From assembly GCA_022749845.1 (NCBI GenBank), contig JAKIWX010000001.1, positions 12,387-76,386 of the forward strand: a stretch of DNA of 64,000 nt, given 5' to 3'. Made by a program: the position numbers and the translations under genes. Origin of the DNA: Thermoplasmata archaeon (GTDB lineage Archaea; Thermoplasmatota; Thermoplasmata; Lutacidiplasmatales; UBA184). Below, in pieces: positions 17,541 through 27,927 of this stretch. Positions within the stretch are counted from its first letter, which is position 1, and each line of letters begins with the position of its first letter. Under the pieces are notes generated by a model. That model was not told the origin of the DNA. It was given only the letters and a program-made list of their open reading frames with translations, and searched no databases.

Positions 17541-20500
17541 ATGCACGAAACTCCTCCAACCGCACGCAGAGCTCGACTAGGCCAAAGCGCCCGGGCGTTC
17601 AGCACCACCGTCTCGGTGATCATCGTCGCCCTTGCCCTGGTGCTCGTGGGCGTCACGGCGTTCGCCGTCCTGGGGGGGTTCTCGCCGGGCGCGAAGCCGA
17701 GCTGCCAGCCGGCAGGAACTCCCGCCTGCGACGTCTTCACCAACTTCCACGACGTCGCCCTCCACCTCCCCCTCAAATCGATCCAACAGGGCGGTCTCGC
17801 GACCTTCACCGCCACCCTCCCTTCCGGTGAGACGGCGACCTCGTACTCCTTCAACTTCGGCGACGGAAGCAAGATCGCTACGGGCACCACGGCCTCCGTT
17901 GCTCACGTGTTCCAGACGCCGGGGATGTACCTCGTTGGCGTGACGGCGCTCATCGCAGGGAAGCCCCACGACAACTACCAGTCGCTTGTCCAGGTGGCGG
18001 TGACCCCTTCCTTCGCGGCCGACACGAACCTGACGCTCCCCGGCATCTCGGGGAAGGTCGTCACGAACAGCACCCCCTCGGGCGCCGGGCTCCCGGCGAC
18101 CGCCGTCATCTCCCTCGGGGGCACCGTCACCCTCTCCGCGACCTACACGAGCGCGCCCACGAACCCGCTCTGGCAGGAGGTACCTCCGAAGCTCGTCTAC
18201 CCCACGGGCGTGACCCTGTCGAAGGGTGGGAACCTCACCGCCACCAGCGCGGGAGGGACCTTCCAGTTCACCCAGGCCGGTACCTTCACGCTCGCGGTCC
18301 AGGGCGGATCCACCGACCTGGTCACCGTGAACAGTTCGACCCCGCCCCTCGTCTATCAGAACTTCAGCTGGACCGTCTTCGTCTTCGCGCCTCCCCTTCA
18401 CGCGGGCGTGCAGGGCGCGGCGCCCCCCGTGAGCCCCCACCCCGGCACGATCATCGTCTACGAGGACCTTCCGGGCGGCGCCCGCACGGCGGACCCGGCG
18501 ATCGCCTACGACACAGGTTCCTACGAGGCGATCGCGAACGTCTACCAGCCGCTCATCACCTACAACGGCACCCAGAGCGGCCCCACGCCGGACGTCTTCG
18601 TTCCCGTGATCGCCACCTGCGTTCCCGGCCCGAACAGCGCGAGCTGCGCGAAGCTCTACGGCGGGGCGACGCTCTTCGACGCGACCACGCAGAGCTACAC
18701 CTTCGTCATCTCGAGCGCCCCCCACTTCTACGACCCGCGCTCCGGCGGCAGCTGGGGCGTCTACCCTTCGGACGTCGTCTTCTCCGTCGCCCGAACGCTC
18801 GGCTTCGGGGTCCAGCCGTGCGTCGGCTGCAATAACGGCTGGATCCTCTCCCAAGCGCTCCTCGGGCCCGGCAACTTCCTGTGGGACTCGCTCCACGGCC
18901 CCTACAACAACACGCCGCTCGACATCCTGAACTCGATGAGCGTGAACGACAGCCTCTGCGCCTCCCTCACGGGGGCGATGACGACCGACCACGGCTGCGT
19001 CACCTTCCACGCCAACGGCCACGGGCAGCCGTGGCCCTACTTCCTCGAGCTGGTCGCGGACCAGCTGGGCGGCTCGATCGTCCCCTGCGGCTGGTTCTCC
19101 GCGGTGGGCCAGGGCGCGGGCATACCGTACTGGACCGCGGGCAACTCCTCGGGGAACGGCGACCATCCCTGCCAGATGCCCGGCACGGGCGGCTACGGTC
19201 TGCCGGCAGCCTCCATCCCGTACCAGGGCTGGGACCAGTGGGAGACGATCGGCTCGGGCGCCACCGGAAAGTTCGTCGGCAGCGTGCAGTACAACATGGT
19301 GGGCTCGGGCCCGTACTACAGCGCGAACTACGAGGTCGGGATCGCCTACGAGCTCAAGGCGAGCCCCGCCTACGCCCCCAACCCGTACTGCACGTGGCTC
19401 GGCTGCTACCCGCAGCCCGGAAAGTACGCGAACACGGTGCAGGTGACCTGGGAGAGCGACATCACCGAGGGGGAGCAGGCGCTCGCCACCGGCGTCGCGG
19501 ACTTCGCGGCGGTCCCCTCGACCGACCTCTCCTTCCTCATCCAGCTCATCAACAAGGGGCAGGTGAACGCCGAGTCGACCCCGACGCTCAACATCGGGTT
19601 CGAGCCGTTCAACCTGAACTTCAACGTCGGCGTGGCGACACAGTACACGACGCAGCCGATCACCATCCCGAACGACTTCTTCGCCCACCTCGGGATGCGC
19701 CAGTTCTTGGTGCACACCTACCCGTACCAGACCGTCCAGACGACGATCAACACCCGGGACGGGATCACGCTCGGCTTCCTTTACGGCGGTGCGATCCCCC
19801 AGTTCATGGCGAACTACTACCCGAAGGACATCGCCTGGCCCTCGGGGGACCCGTGCAACACCGCGGCCAACGCCTCGTGCGCGGGCTACTGGTGGGCGCA
19901 GCTCCACAACGCGAGCGGCCCCTACTTCGACCCCGAGGTCGCCGGCTGCTCCTCCTCCACCCCGTGCCAGTTCCCTGTGTTCGGGTCCACGGGGGACCCG
20001 ACGGGGGACGAGGTGCTCGCGCTCTGGACGAACTGGGTGGCCACGGAGAGCGGGGGCGCGATCAAGATGAACCCGGTGGACGTGAACTTCAACACGCTCC
20101 TCCTCCTCTCGCAATCCTCGACCGCCGGGACGAACCCGATGCCCATCTACGGTCTCGGCTGGGCCCCCGACTACCCGGACCCGACCGACTACACGACGCC
20201 GCTCTACCTCCCGAACGCGACGTACACGCTGGGGAACTCCATGGAGGAGTCGCTCCTTACCGCCGCCTTCTCGCAGGGCTCCTGCGCGAACCCCTCGAGC
20301 GACTACAACTACTACGCGAACAACAGCTTCCCCGAGGGCTGCCAGGCGATCGCCTACAAGGCGATGGTCAAGCTGCTCGGGACCGCGGGCGCGACGCCGG
20401 CGGGCCCGCTGCGCGTCCTCCTGTACGACCTCTCGGAGAAGATCGCGAACCGCCTCGCGCTCTACGTCTACACCTCCCAGGGGAACTCGCTCGTCACCGC

Positions 20501-20600
20501 CTCGAGCTGGGTGAACCTGAGCTCGGTGAACCTGAACGTGATGCTGGGCGGCGTCGGGACCTACTTCTGGGTCACGGGTAACGGCGTCGCGACAGGCTAG
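17541..20600 (+). CDS. PKD-domain ABC transporter substrate-binding protein (family 5), paralog 2
   Basis: N-terminal hydrophobic helix, YSFNFGDGS PKD motif, TADPAIAYD, YQPLITY, GSGPY, GWAPDYPDP. Start may be GTG 17511. Confidence 0.87.
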   Translation: MHETPPTARRARLGQSARAFSTTVSVIIVALALVLVGVTAFAVLGGFSPGAKPSCQPAGTPACDVFTNFHDVALHLPLKSIQQGGLATFTATLPSGETATSYSFNFGDGSKIATGTTASVAHVFQTPGMYLVGVTALIAGKPHDNYQSLVQVAVTPSFAADTNLTLPGISGKVVTNSTPSGAGLPATAVISLGGTVTLSATYTSAPTNPLWQEVPPKLVYPTGVTLSKGGNLTATSAGGTFQFTQAGTFTLAVQGGSTDLVTVNSSTPPLVYQNFSWTVFVFAPPLHAGVQGAAPPVSPHPGTIIVYEDLPGGARTADPAIAYDTGSYEAIANVYQPLITYNGTQSGPTPDVFVPVIATCVPGPNSASCAKLYGGATLFDATTQSYTFVISSAPHFYDPRSGGSWGVYPSDVVFSVARTLGFGVQPCVGCNNGWILSQALLGPGNFLWDSLHGPYNNTPLDILNSMSVNDSLCASLTGAMTTDHGCVTFHANGHGQPWPYFLELVADQLGGSIVPCGWFSAVGQGAGIPYWTAGNSSGNGDHPCQMPGTGGYGLPAASIPYQGWDQWETIGSGATGKFVGSVQYNMVGSGPYYSANYEVGIAYELKASPAYAPNPYCTWLGCYPQPGKYANTVQVTWESDITEGEQALATGVADFAAVPSTDLSFLIQLINKGQVNAESTPTLNIGFEPFNLNFNVGVATQYTTQPITIPNDFFAHLGMRQFLVHTYPYQTVQTTINTRDGITLGFLYGGAIPQFMANYYPKDIAWPSGDPCNTAANASCAGYWWAQLHNASGPYFDPEVAGCSSSTPCQFPVFGSTGDPTGDEVLALWTNWVATESGGAIKMNPVDVNFNTLLLLSQSSTAGTNPMPIYGLGWAPDYPDPTDYTTPLYLPNATYTLGNSMEESLLTAAFSQGSCANPSSDYNYYANNSFPEGCQAIAYKAMVKLLGTAGATPAGPLRVLLYDLSEKIANRLALYVYTSQGNSLVTASSWVNLSSVNLNVMLGGVGTYFWVTGNGVATG

Positions 20601-20657
20601 CGTCCAAAGCGGGGCGTCCCCCCAAACCCCTAATTGGGCGCTCCGGTCCCGCTGGGC

Positions 20658-22172
20658 GTGGAGCCGTCGAGCCCGCCGGCGGACGGCCCCGCGCTCTCCC
20701 TCTCCCCCGCGGAGCGGAAGCTCCTCGTACACCTTAGGTCCGCGACGGCGCCCCATTCCGAGGAGGAGGTGGCGGCCGCGACCGGGCTCGCCGCCGAGGC
20801 GGTCCGGGGCGGATTGCAACGGCTTCGCTCGAAGCGCCTCACGGTGGTGGACGAGCAGCACGCCGAGAGGCTCGTGCTTACGAAGCGAGGGGAGGACGGG
20901 CTCGCGAGAGGACTCCCCGAGCGACGCCTCCTCCAACGGCTGCAAGCGCTAGGCCGCCCGGCCGATGCCGGAGAGCTCGCCGGGGGGGAGCTCGACGCCG
21001 AGGAGCTGCCGGTCGCGATCGGCGTCCTGCGCCGCCGTCGCCTGCTCGCCGAGGGGAGTCCCTTCGCGCTCCAGCCGGGGTCCGAGTCGGCCGCGGCGGA
21101 GTTGCCCGAGGAGCGCGCGCTCGCCGCCGCCCGCGACGGCGCGGCGGTCGCCCCCGAAGAATCGAGCACCCTCAAGCGCCGTGGCCTGCTCGCCGTCGAG
21201 CGGTCGACGACGCGACGCTGGTCCCCTTCGGAGGAAGGCGGACGCCTCCCTCTCGGCGACGGCTCTCGGCCGGAGGAAGGCGCCCTACGGCCCGAGCGGC
21301 TCCGTGACGGAAGCTGGCGGGAGGTGGAGTTCCGACCGTACGACGTCCGTGCGCCCGTCCCGTACGTCCAAGGCCCCGCGCCCCATCCGTACCTCGCGTT
21401 TCTGGAGGAGTTCGCGGAGCTGCTGGTCGGACTCGGCTTCGCCGAGGAGGAAGGCCCCCTCCTCGAGACGGAGTTCTGGAACAACGACGTCCTGTTCATG
21501 CCCCAGGAGCACCCGGCGCGCTCGGTCCACGATGTCTTCTCGGTGCGCGGCGTCGAAGGACGGCTTCCCGACGCTCACCTCCTGCTCGGCGTCGCGGCCG
21601 CCCACGAAGGGCGGCCTCTCTCCGGGACGAGCGAGCCGCTCTCTGTCGGCTGGAGGTCGCCGTTCAACCCCGAGATCTCCCGCCGACCGGTGCTCCGGTC
21701 CCAGACGACCTCCGTCTCGGCGAGGTTCCTCGCCTCGCGACCCCGGCCCCCGTTCCGCCGGTACTGCATCGGCCGGAGCTTTCGGCCGGACGCGGTGGAC
21801 GCGAGGCACCACGTGGAGTTCGACCAGTGCGAGGGGATCCTCGGCGAGGAGGGAACCTCGATGCGCGAGCTCGTGGGGATGTTCCAGGCGCTCGCCGAAG
21901 GGATCGGGATCCGGGAGCTCCGGATCCGCCCGAGCTACTTTCCGTTCACCGAGCCGTCGGTCGAGGGGTACGTCCGCCATCCGAGTCTCGGCTGGATGGA
22001 GGTGCTCCCCGGTGGGCTCTTCCGGCCCGAGGTGCTCCGGCCCCTCGGGGTGGAGGTGCCCGTCGCCGCCTGGGGGGTCGGGCTGACCCGGCTCGCGATG
22101 GTCGCGCTCGGCGTGAACGACATCCGCGAGCTGTTCGACGCGGACCTCGACCGGCTCCGAGGGGGCGACTAG
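20658..22172 (+). CDS. pheS: phenylalanine--tRNA ligase alpha subunit (archaeal long form)
   Basis: FWNNDVLFMPQEHPARSVHD, LRSQTT, FRPDAVDARHHVEFDQCEG, YFPFTEPS, GLTRLAM. Confidence 0.95.
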   Translation: MEPSSPPADGPALSLSPAERKLLVHLRSATAPHSEEEVAAATGLAAEAVRGGLQRLRSKRLTVVDEQHAERLVLTKRGEDGLARGLPERRLLQRLQALGRPADAGELAGGELDAEELPVAIGVLRRRRLLAEGSPFALQPGSESAAAELPEERALAAARDGAAVAPEESSTLKRRGLLAVERSTTRRWSPSEEGGRLPLGDGSRPEEGALRPERLRDGSWREVEFRPYDVRAPVPYVQGPAPHPYLAFLEEFAELLVGLGFAEEEGPLLETEFWNNDVLFMPQEHPARSVHDVFSVRGVEGRLPDAHLLLGVAAAHEGRPLSGTSEPLSVGWRSPFNPEISRRPVLRSQTTSVSARFLASRPRPPFRRYCIGRSFRPDAVDARHHVEFDQCEGILGEEGTSMRELVGMFQALAEGIGIRELRIRPSYFPFTEPSVEGYVRHPSLGWMEVLPGGLFRPEVLRPLGVEVPVAAWGVGLTRLAMVALGVNDIRELFDADLDRLRGGD

Positions 22173-22173
22173 G

Positions 22174-23901
22174 ATGCCTCGGGCCTTCCTCTCCGCCTCG
22201 CGCCTGCTCGACGGCCTCGACCCGGTCCCCCCGAAGGCAGAGCTCGAGGAGACGCTGTTCCTCTCCAAGGTGGAGCTCGAGAGCTGGGAGGGGGATGCCC
22301 TCACCGTCTCGGTCACGCCGGACCGGCTCGACCTGCTCTCCGAGACCGGGCTCCGCTCCTACCTCGAGGGGGCGCTCGGCCGGACCGGTGGGCTCCCCGT
22401 GGTGCACGACTACACCCTCGCGCCGGGAGAGTTCCTCGAGGCGACGGCGCGCGTCGCGCCGCTGCGTCCGGAGATCGCGGGCCTCGTCGTCCACGCTCCG
22501 GTCGGCTCCGCCCTCGACGCGGGGCTCCTCGAGGAGGCGGTCCGGTTCCAGGAGCTCCTGCACGCGACGGTCGGCTACGACCGGCGCCTGGCGAGCCTCG
22601 GGATCTACCCCGCGAGCTCCATCAAGTTCCCGCTCCGGTACGACCGCGAGCCGATGGAGGGGCTCGACTTCGTTCCGCTCGAGGAGGAGACCCCCGTGCC
22701 CGCGCCGAAGTTCTTCGCCGAGCATCCGCTCGCCGCCCGGTACGGCGCCTACGGGATGGAAGCGGGGGAGTGCCTCACGCTGCGCGACGCGAACGGCACC
22801 GTGCTGAGCCTCCCCCCCGTGCTCAACAGCGGCGTCGCCGGACGAGTGCGGGCCGGGGACCGGAGGCTGCTCCTCGAGGCGACTGGAACGCGTCGCGCTC
22901 GGGTCGAAGAGGCGCTATCGCTCCTTGCCATGCCGTTCCTGCTGCGGGGTTGGAGCGCGGCCCCACTCCGGGTGAAGGCCTCGGACGGGGTCCACCACGG
23001 GGAGGCGGTGCTCGCGCCACGACAGCTCTCCCTCTCCGACGAAACCCTCGGAGCGCTCTCGGGGTTCGACATTCCGCCGGAGGAGGTGGAGCCGCTCCTC
23101 GCCCGAGCGAGGTATGCGGTCCGCCGCACGAGCGACGGCTGGCTTGTCGCGGCCCCTGCCTGGCGCGCCGACCTCCTCGGAGCGGTCGACGTGGCCGAGG
23201 ACGTTCTGCTGCTGCGCGGCGTTCGCACCGACGAGGGACGTCTCCCCCCCTCCTCTACCGAAGGGCGGCGGCGGCCCGAGGCGAGGTTCCGTGCCCGGAT
23301 CGGCGCCCACCTTCTCGGGCTCGGGTTCACCGCGCTCCACAGCCCGGTCCTTACCTCCGAAGAGCTGGTCGCTCGGGTGGGCCGGACGCAGTCCCTCGAA
23401 CTCACGAATCCCGTCTCGGCCGAGCTGGCGCGGACCCGCGACTGCCTTCTCCTCTCGCTCGTGGCCGCCCTGGGGGCCAACCTGCGCCACGGCTACCCCC
23501 AGAGGTTCTCGGAGCTCGGCCCGGTCCTGGTGCGAGATCCGGCGTCCGAGAGCGGCGCGCGGACGAGCGAGCACGCCGCCTTCCTCGTCGCGGGGGAGGG
23601 GGCCGGCTTCGCAGAGGCGGCAGCGATCCTCGAGTACCTCCTGCGTCGGCTTTCCGTCGCCGGGGTACGGGAACCCGCCGAGCTGCCGGGAACCATCCCA
23701 GGTCGTGCCGCGCGGGTGATGCTCGCGGGAGAGACCGTCGCGGAGCTCGGGGAGCTCCACCCGTCGGTCCTCGAGGCCACGGGGGCCCTCGTGCCGGCGG
23801 TGTGGGGCGAGCTCCACCTCGACGTTCTGTACCCGCTCCTCGGCCCGGCGGTCGAGCCCACGTCGGCCGGCCCGACGGATCCGCGCCGCGCGTCCCCGTA
23901 G
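22174..23901 (+). CDS. pheT: phenylalanine--tRNA ligase beta subunit
   Basis: [15 protein letters not shown]…[41 protein letters not shown]; follows pheS. Confidence 0.92.
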   Translation: MPRAFLSASRLLDGLDPVPPKAELEETLFLSKVELESWEGDALTVSVTPDRLDLLSETGLRSYLEGALGRTGGLPVVHDYTLAPGEFLEATARVAPLRPEIAGLVVHAPVGSALDAGLLEEAVRFQELLHATVGYDRRLASLGIYPASSIKFPLRYDREPMEGLDFVPLEEETPVPAPKFFAEHPLAARYGAYGMEAGECLTLRDANGTVLSLPPVLNSGVAGRVRAGDRRLLLEATGTRRARVEEALSLLAMPFLLRGWSAAPLRVKASDGVHHGEAVLAPRQLSLSDETLGALSGFDIPPEEVEPLLARARYAVRRTSDGWLVAAPAWRADLLGAVDVAEDVLLLRGVRTDEGRLPPSSTEGRRRPEARFRARIGAHLLGLGFTALHSPVLTSEELVARVGRTQSLELTNPVSAELARTRDCLLLSLVAALGANLRHGYPQRFSELGPVLVRDPASESGARTSEHAAFLVAGEGAGFAEAAAILEYLLRRLSVAGVREPAELPGTIPGRAARVMLAGETVAELGELHPSVLEATGALVPAVWGELHLDVLYPLLGPAVEPTSAGPTDPRRASP

Positions 23902-23932
23902 CCCACTTATAGCGCCGCCCGGTCGGCGGCCG

Positions 23933-25606
23933 ATGGGTCAGCGCCGCACGACCGGAACATCGGCCCGGGCACGTTGGGAGGCGCAGGCGCGCGCCGCCAT
24001 CGGGGACCGGGTGGAGGGCGGTCGACTCCCGCTCCTCGCGACCGCTCCGGAGGAGCCGTTCTCCGAGAGCCTCGAGAAGCAGGGGTTTCCCGGCACCCCT
24101 CCGTACACGCGCGGAATCCAGCCCACGATGTACCGCGGCCGGCTCTGGACCTTCCGCCAGTACTCGGGATTCGGCACGGCACGGGAGACGAACCGACGGT
24201 TCCGCTACCTGCTCGCGAGCGGTCAGACCGGGCTCTCCGTCGCGTTCGACCTGCCGACCCAGATCGGCTACGATTCGGACCACCCGAAGGCCCGGGGAGA
24301 GGTCGGTCGGTGCGGCGTGGCGATCACGGGCGTCCCCGACATGGAGACGCTGTTCCGGCAGATCCCGCTCGACCTGGCGACGGTCTCGATGACGATCAAC
24401 GCGACCGCCCCGATCCTGACCGCGCTCCTCGTCGCCGTCGGCGAAGCGCACGGTGTCCCACGCGCGCGGCTGGGAGGGACGGTGCAGAACGATATCCTGA
24501 AGGAGTACATCGCCCGCGGGACCTACATCTTCCCGCCCGAGCCGTCGCTCCGGCTCGCCGTCGACCTCATCGAGTTCGCGACCCGCGAGATGCCCCAGTG
24601 GAACTACATCTCCGTCTCGGGCTACCACATGCGGGAGGCGGGCGCGACAGCCGTGCAGGAGGTCGCCTTCACCCTCGCGAACGCCATCGCCTACGTGCGG
24701 GCGGTCCGCGCGCGGGGACTCGCCGTCGACGAGTTCCTGCCCCGGCTCTCCTTCTTCTTCAGCTCTGACTCGAACTTCCTCGAGGAGATCGGCAAGTTCC
24801 GCGCCGCGCGGCGGTTGTGGGCCTCGGTCGCCCGCGAAAGCCTGGGCGCGAAGAACCCCCGCTCCCTCCAGCTCCGGTTCCACACCCAGACGGCGGGATC
24901 CTCGCTCACGGCCCAGCAGCCCGAGCTCAACGTCGTCCGGACCACCCTCGAAGCGCTCGCCGCGGTGCTGGGCGGGACGCAGTCGCTCCATACGAACGCC
25001 CTCGATGAGGCGATCGGCCTACCCACCTCCGACGCGGCGCGGCTCGCGCTGCGGACCCAGCAGATCCTCGCCGAGGAGAGCGGGGTCGCCTCGACCGTGG
25101 ACCCGGTGGGGGGCGCGTACGAGATCGAGGCGATCACCGACCGGATCGAGCAGGAGGCGCGCGCCTATCTCGACCGGATCGAGACGATGGGCGGCTCGGT
25201 GGTCGCGGTCGAACGTGGCTTTTTCCAGGGCGAGATCGCGCGCGAAGCCTACCGGACCGCACGAGCGCGGGAAGCGAAGCAGGAGCTCGTGGTGGGGGTG
25301 AACGCGTTTCCCGAGGGGAACCCCGAGTTCTCCCTCTTCGCCTCGAAGGGCCGGCGCGGCGTGAAGGCCGAGCGCATCACGCCTGCGCAGGAGGCGGAGC
25401 AGGTCCGTCGTGTGAAGTCGGTGCGCGCCGGCCGGGACCTGGCACGTGTCCGCTCCACCCTCGAGGAGCTCCGCCGAGCCACGCGGGCGGGCGAGAACGT
25501 GATGCTCTCGCTCCTGGGGGCTCTCCGCGCCCACGCGACGCTCGGCGAGGTCGCCGACCTCTGGCGCGAGGAGTTCGGGGAGTACACTCCTTCCCGCGCC
25601 TTCTAG
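23933..25606 (+). CDS. methylmalonyl-CoA mutase, large (substrate-binding) subunit
   Basis: [44 protein letters not shown]; lacks the B12-binding domain (split form). Confidence 0.93.
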   Translation: MGQRRTTGTSARARWEAQARAAIGDRVEGGRLPLLATAPEEPFSESLEKQGFPGTPPYTRGIQPTMYRGRLWTFRQYSGFGTARETNRRFRYLLASGQTGLSVAFDLPTQIGYDSDHPKARGEVGRCGVAITGVPDMETLFRQIPLDLATVSMTINATAPILTALLVAVGEAHGVPRARLGGTVQNDILKEYIARGTYIFPPEPSLRLAVDLIEFATREMPQWNYISVSGYHMREAGATAVQEVAFTLANAIAYVRAVRARGLAVDEFLPRLSFFFSSDSNFLEEIGKFRAARRLWASVARESLGAKNPRSLQLRFHTQTAGSSLTAQQPELNVVRTTLEALAAVLGGTQSLHTNALDEAIGLPTSDAARLALRTQQILAEESGVASTVDPVGGAYEIEAITDRIEQEARAYLDRIETMGGSVVAVERGFFQGEIAREAYRTARAREAKQELVVGVNAFPEGNPEFSLFASKGRRGVKAERITPAQEAEQVRRVKSVRAGRDLARVRSTLEELRRATRAGENVMLSLLGALRAHATLGEVADLWREEFGEYTPSRAF

Positions 25607-25614
25607 GGAGAGCG

Positions 25615-26013
25615 ATGCCGGTCGACCACCTCGGGATCGCCGTCCGCAGCCTTGCGGAGGCACTCCCCCGCTGGGAGGGACCCCTCGGAGCGACGGCGAG
25701 CCCGCCGGAGGTGGTGGACTCTCAGCGGGTCAGGATCGCCTTCCTCGATGCGGGGAGCACGCACCTCGAGTTCCTCGAGCCCACCGCCCCCGATTCTCCG
25801 GTAGCCAAGTTCCTCGAGACCCGCGGGGAGGGGCTCCACCACCTGGCGTTTGCCGTGCCGAACGTCGACCGAAAGCTTGCGGAGCTTGACTCGGCGGGGT
25901 ACCGGCTCATCGACCGGGTCGCCCGGACCGGAGCCCGAGGGCGGCGCATCGCGTTCTGTCATCCCTCCGCCTTCGACGGAGTTCTCGTCGAGTTCGTCGA
26001 GGGGGAACCGTGA
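25615..26013 (+). CDS. mce: methylmalonyl-CoA epimerase (VOC fold)
   Basis: VDHLGIAV, LEFLEP, GEGLHHLAF, FCHP…GVLVEFVE. Confidence 0.93.
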   Translation: MPVDHLGIAVRSLAEALPRWEGPLGATASPPEVVDSQRVRIAFLDAGSTHLEFLEPTAPDSPVAKFLETRGEGLHHLAFAVPNVDRKLAELDSAGYRLIDRVARTGARGRRIAFCHPSAFDGVLVEFVEGEP

Positions 26014-27218
26014 GTCGCGTTGTCGAGCTCTCGCTGCGCGCCATCGTGGACAGCCGTGGCTCCCCCACCGTCGAGGCGGAGGTCGCGGACGGGGAGGGAC
26101 ACCGCGGACGGGCGGGGGCGCCCGGGGGAGCGAGCACCGGTGCCCACGAGGTCCCCGCCTGGCCCAAGGGCGGGGTCCCGGTCGCTCTCGAGCAGTTCCA
26201 GAAGGAGCTCCGGCCCGTGCTCCTCGGACGCGAGCTCGAGGACGCGAGGGGCTGGGACGCCGCGCTCCACGCGGTCGACGGGACGGAGGAGTTCTCCCGG
26301 ATCGGCGGCGGCGTGGCCACGGCGCTCTCCCTCGCGGCGGCGATCGCGCGAGCGGAGGCCCTCGGGGTGCCTCTGTGGAAGAGCTGGCTCCGACCCGGCC
26401 TCGATGGGAGCGGCCGGCCGATGATCGTGGGGAACTGCTTGAACGGAGGTCGCCACGCCATCGGCGGTCCGGAGTTCCAAGAGTTCCACGCCATCTCCTC
26501 CTCGCCGAAGACCGCCGACGCCGTTCGAGGCGCGATCGCCGTGCACCGGGCGGTCGGCGAGGCGCTGCACGCGAAGTTCCCGGAGCTCGCGCTCGGTCGG
26601 GGCGACGAAGGGGGTTGGGTGGCGCCTGTCGGTAGCCTCGAGGGGCTCGAGATCCTCGCGAGGGCGTGCGAGGAGGTCCGCGACGCGACCCACCTCGCGG
26701 TCCACCCCGGCCTCGACCTCGCGGCGAGCGAGTTCTTCAACGATGGGCGCTATCGCTACCGGGACCACTCGCTCGACGCCGAGGGGCAGCACGCGTTCCT
26801 CGTCCGCCTGGTGGAGCGGTTCGGCCTCCGCTACGTGGAGGACCCGTTCGACGAGGAGGCGTTCGACTCCTTCGCACAGTTCACCCACGCCGTCGGCGAC
26901 CGCACCCTCGTGGTGGGGGACGACATCTACACGACGAGCGTCGCGCGCCTCGAGCGGGGGATCGCCGAGCGGGCCTCCAACTCGGTGCTCATCAAGGTGA
27001 ACCAGGTCGGCACCCTCACCGACACCTTCGCGACCGTCGACCGCGCCCGGGCGGCCGGCTGGTCGACCGTCGCCTCCCACCGGAGCGGGGACCTTCCCGA
27101 GGGGTGGCTCGCCCACTTCGCCGTCGGGGCGGGCTCGCGGGGCTTGAAGTGCGGGATTCTCGGCGGTGAACGGGTGGCAAAGCTAAATGAACTCCTGCGC
27201 GTCGCCGCCCCCGCGTGA
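26010..27218 (+). CDS. eno: enolase
   Basis: DSRGSPTVE, GASTG, QEF, GDEGG, DLAAS, EDP, GDD, IKVNQ, SHRSG, ERVAKLNELLR. Confidence 0.92.
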   Translation: MSRVVELSLRAIVDSRGSPTVEAEVADGEGHRGRAGAPGGASTGAHEVPAWPKGGVPVALEQFQKELRPVLLGRELEDARGWDAALHAVDGTEEFSRIGGGVATALSLAAAIARAEALGVPLWKSWLRPGLDGSGRPMIVGNCLNGGRHAIGGPEFQEFHAISSSPKTADAVRGAIAVHRAVGEALHAKFPELALGRGDEGGWVAPVGSLEGLEILARACEEVRDATHLAVHPGLDLAASEFFNDGRYRYRDHSLDAEGQHAFLVRLVERFGLRYVEDPFDEEAFDSFAQFTHAVGDRTLVVGDDIYTTSVARLERGIAERASNSVLIKVNQVGTLTDTFATVDRARAAGWSTVASHRSGDLPEGWLAHFAVGAGSRGLKCGILGGERVAKLNELLRVAAPA

Positions 27219-27226
27219 ACTCCGCT

Positions 27227-27886
27227 ATGGCGCCCGACGAAGCCGAGGTAGAGCCGCCCGTCCGGGCGGACGACGGGCAGGACATCGAACCGGGCCAGCT
27301 GCTCCTCCCGGAGGAGACGTATCTCACCTCGGGCGTGCACATCGGCACGCAACAGAAGTCCGCCTCGATGCGGCGGTTCGTCTACAAGATCCGGTACGAC
27401 GGCCTCTACGTCCTCGACATCAAGGAGACCGACCGGCGGATCCGTATCGCCTCCCAGTTCCTCTCCCGGTTCCCCGCCGATAAGATCCTGTGCGTCTCCC
27501 AGCGCCAGTACGGCCAGAAGCCCGTGCGGATGTTCGCGAAGGCGATCGGCGCCGTCTCCTTCTCCGAGCGGTTCGTCCCGGGCTGCCTCACGAACCCGGC
27601 GCTCAGCGAGTACATCGAGCCGAAGGTGCTCGTCGTCACCGACCCCGCGACCGACGCGCAGGCGCTCAGCGAGGCGGTGTCGATCGGCATCCCCGTCGTC
27701 GGCATCTGCGACGTGAACAACGAGACCCGGAACGTCGACTTCGTCATCCCCGCGAACAACAAGGGCCGGGTCGCGCTCGCGACCGTCTACTGGCTGCTCG
27801 CCCGGGAGACGCTGAAGGCACGCGGGGGCGCGGCCGCCGAAGCCCCCTTTACCTCGACGATCGAGGATTTCCAGGTCTCGCTGTAG
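27227..27886 (+). CDS. rps2: 30S ribosomal protein S2 (uS2)
   Basis: YLTSGVHIGTQQK, RFVPGCLTNP, IPANNKG. Confidence 0.96.
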   Translation: MAPDEAEVEPPVRADDGQDIEPGQLLLPEETYLTSGVHIGTQQKSASMRRFVYKIRYDGLYVLDIKETDRRIRIASQFLSRFPADKILCVSQRQYGQKPVRMFAKAIGAVSFSERFVPGCLTNPALSEYIEPKVLVVTDPATDAQALSEAVSIGIPVVGICDVNNETRNVDFVIPANNKGRVALATVYWLLARETLKARGGAAAEAPFTSTIEDFQVSL

Positions 27887-27927
27887 GCAGCCGTCCCGCC
27901 TTTATCCCTTGGGGGCGTCCCGCGAGG

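Noticed and set aside
26010-27218. Enolase as a degenerate pseudo-enzyme
   Set aside because: Divergent and short, but the catalytic and Mg-binding motifs (QEF, GDEGG, D.AAS, EDP, GDD, K.NQ, HRS, K) are all present.
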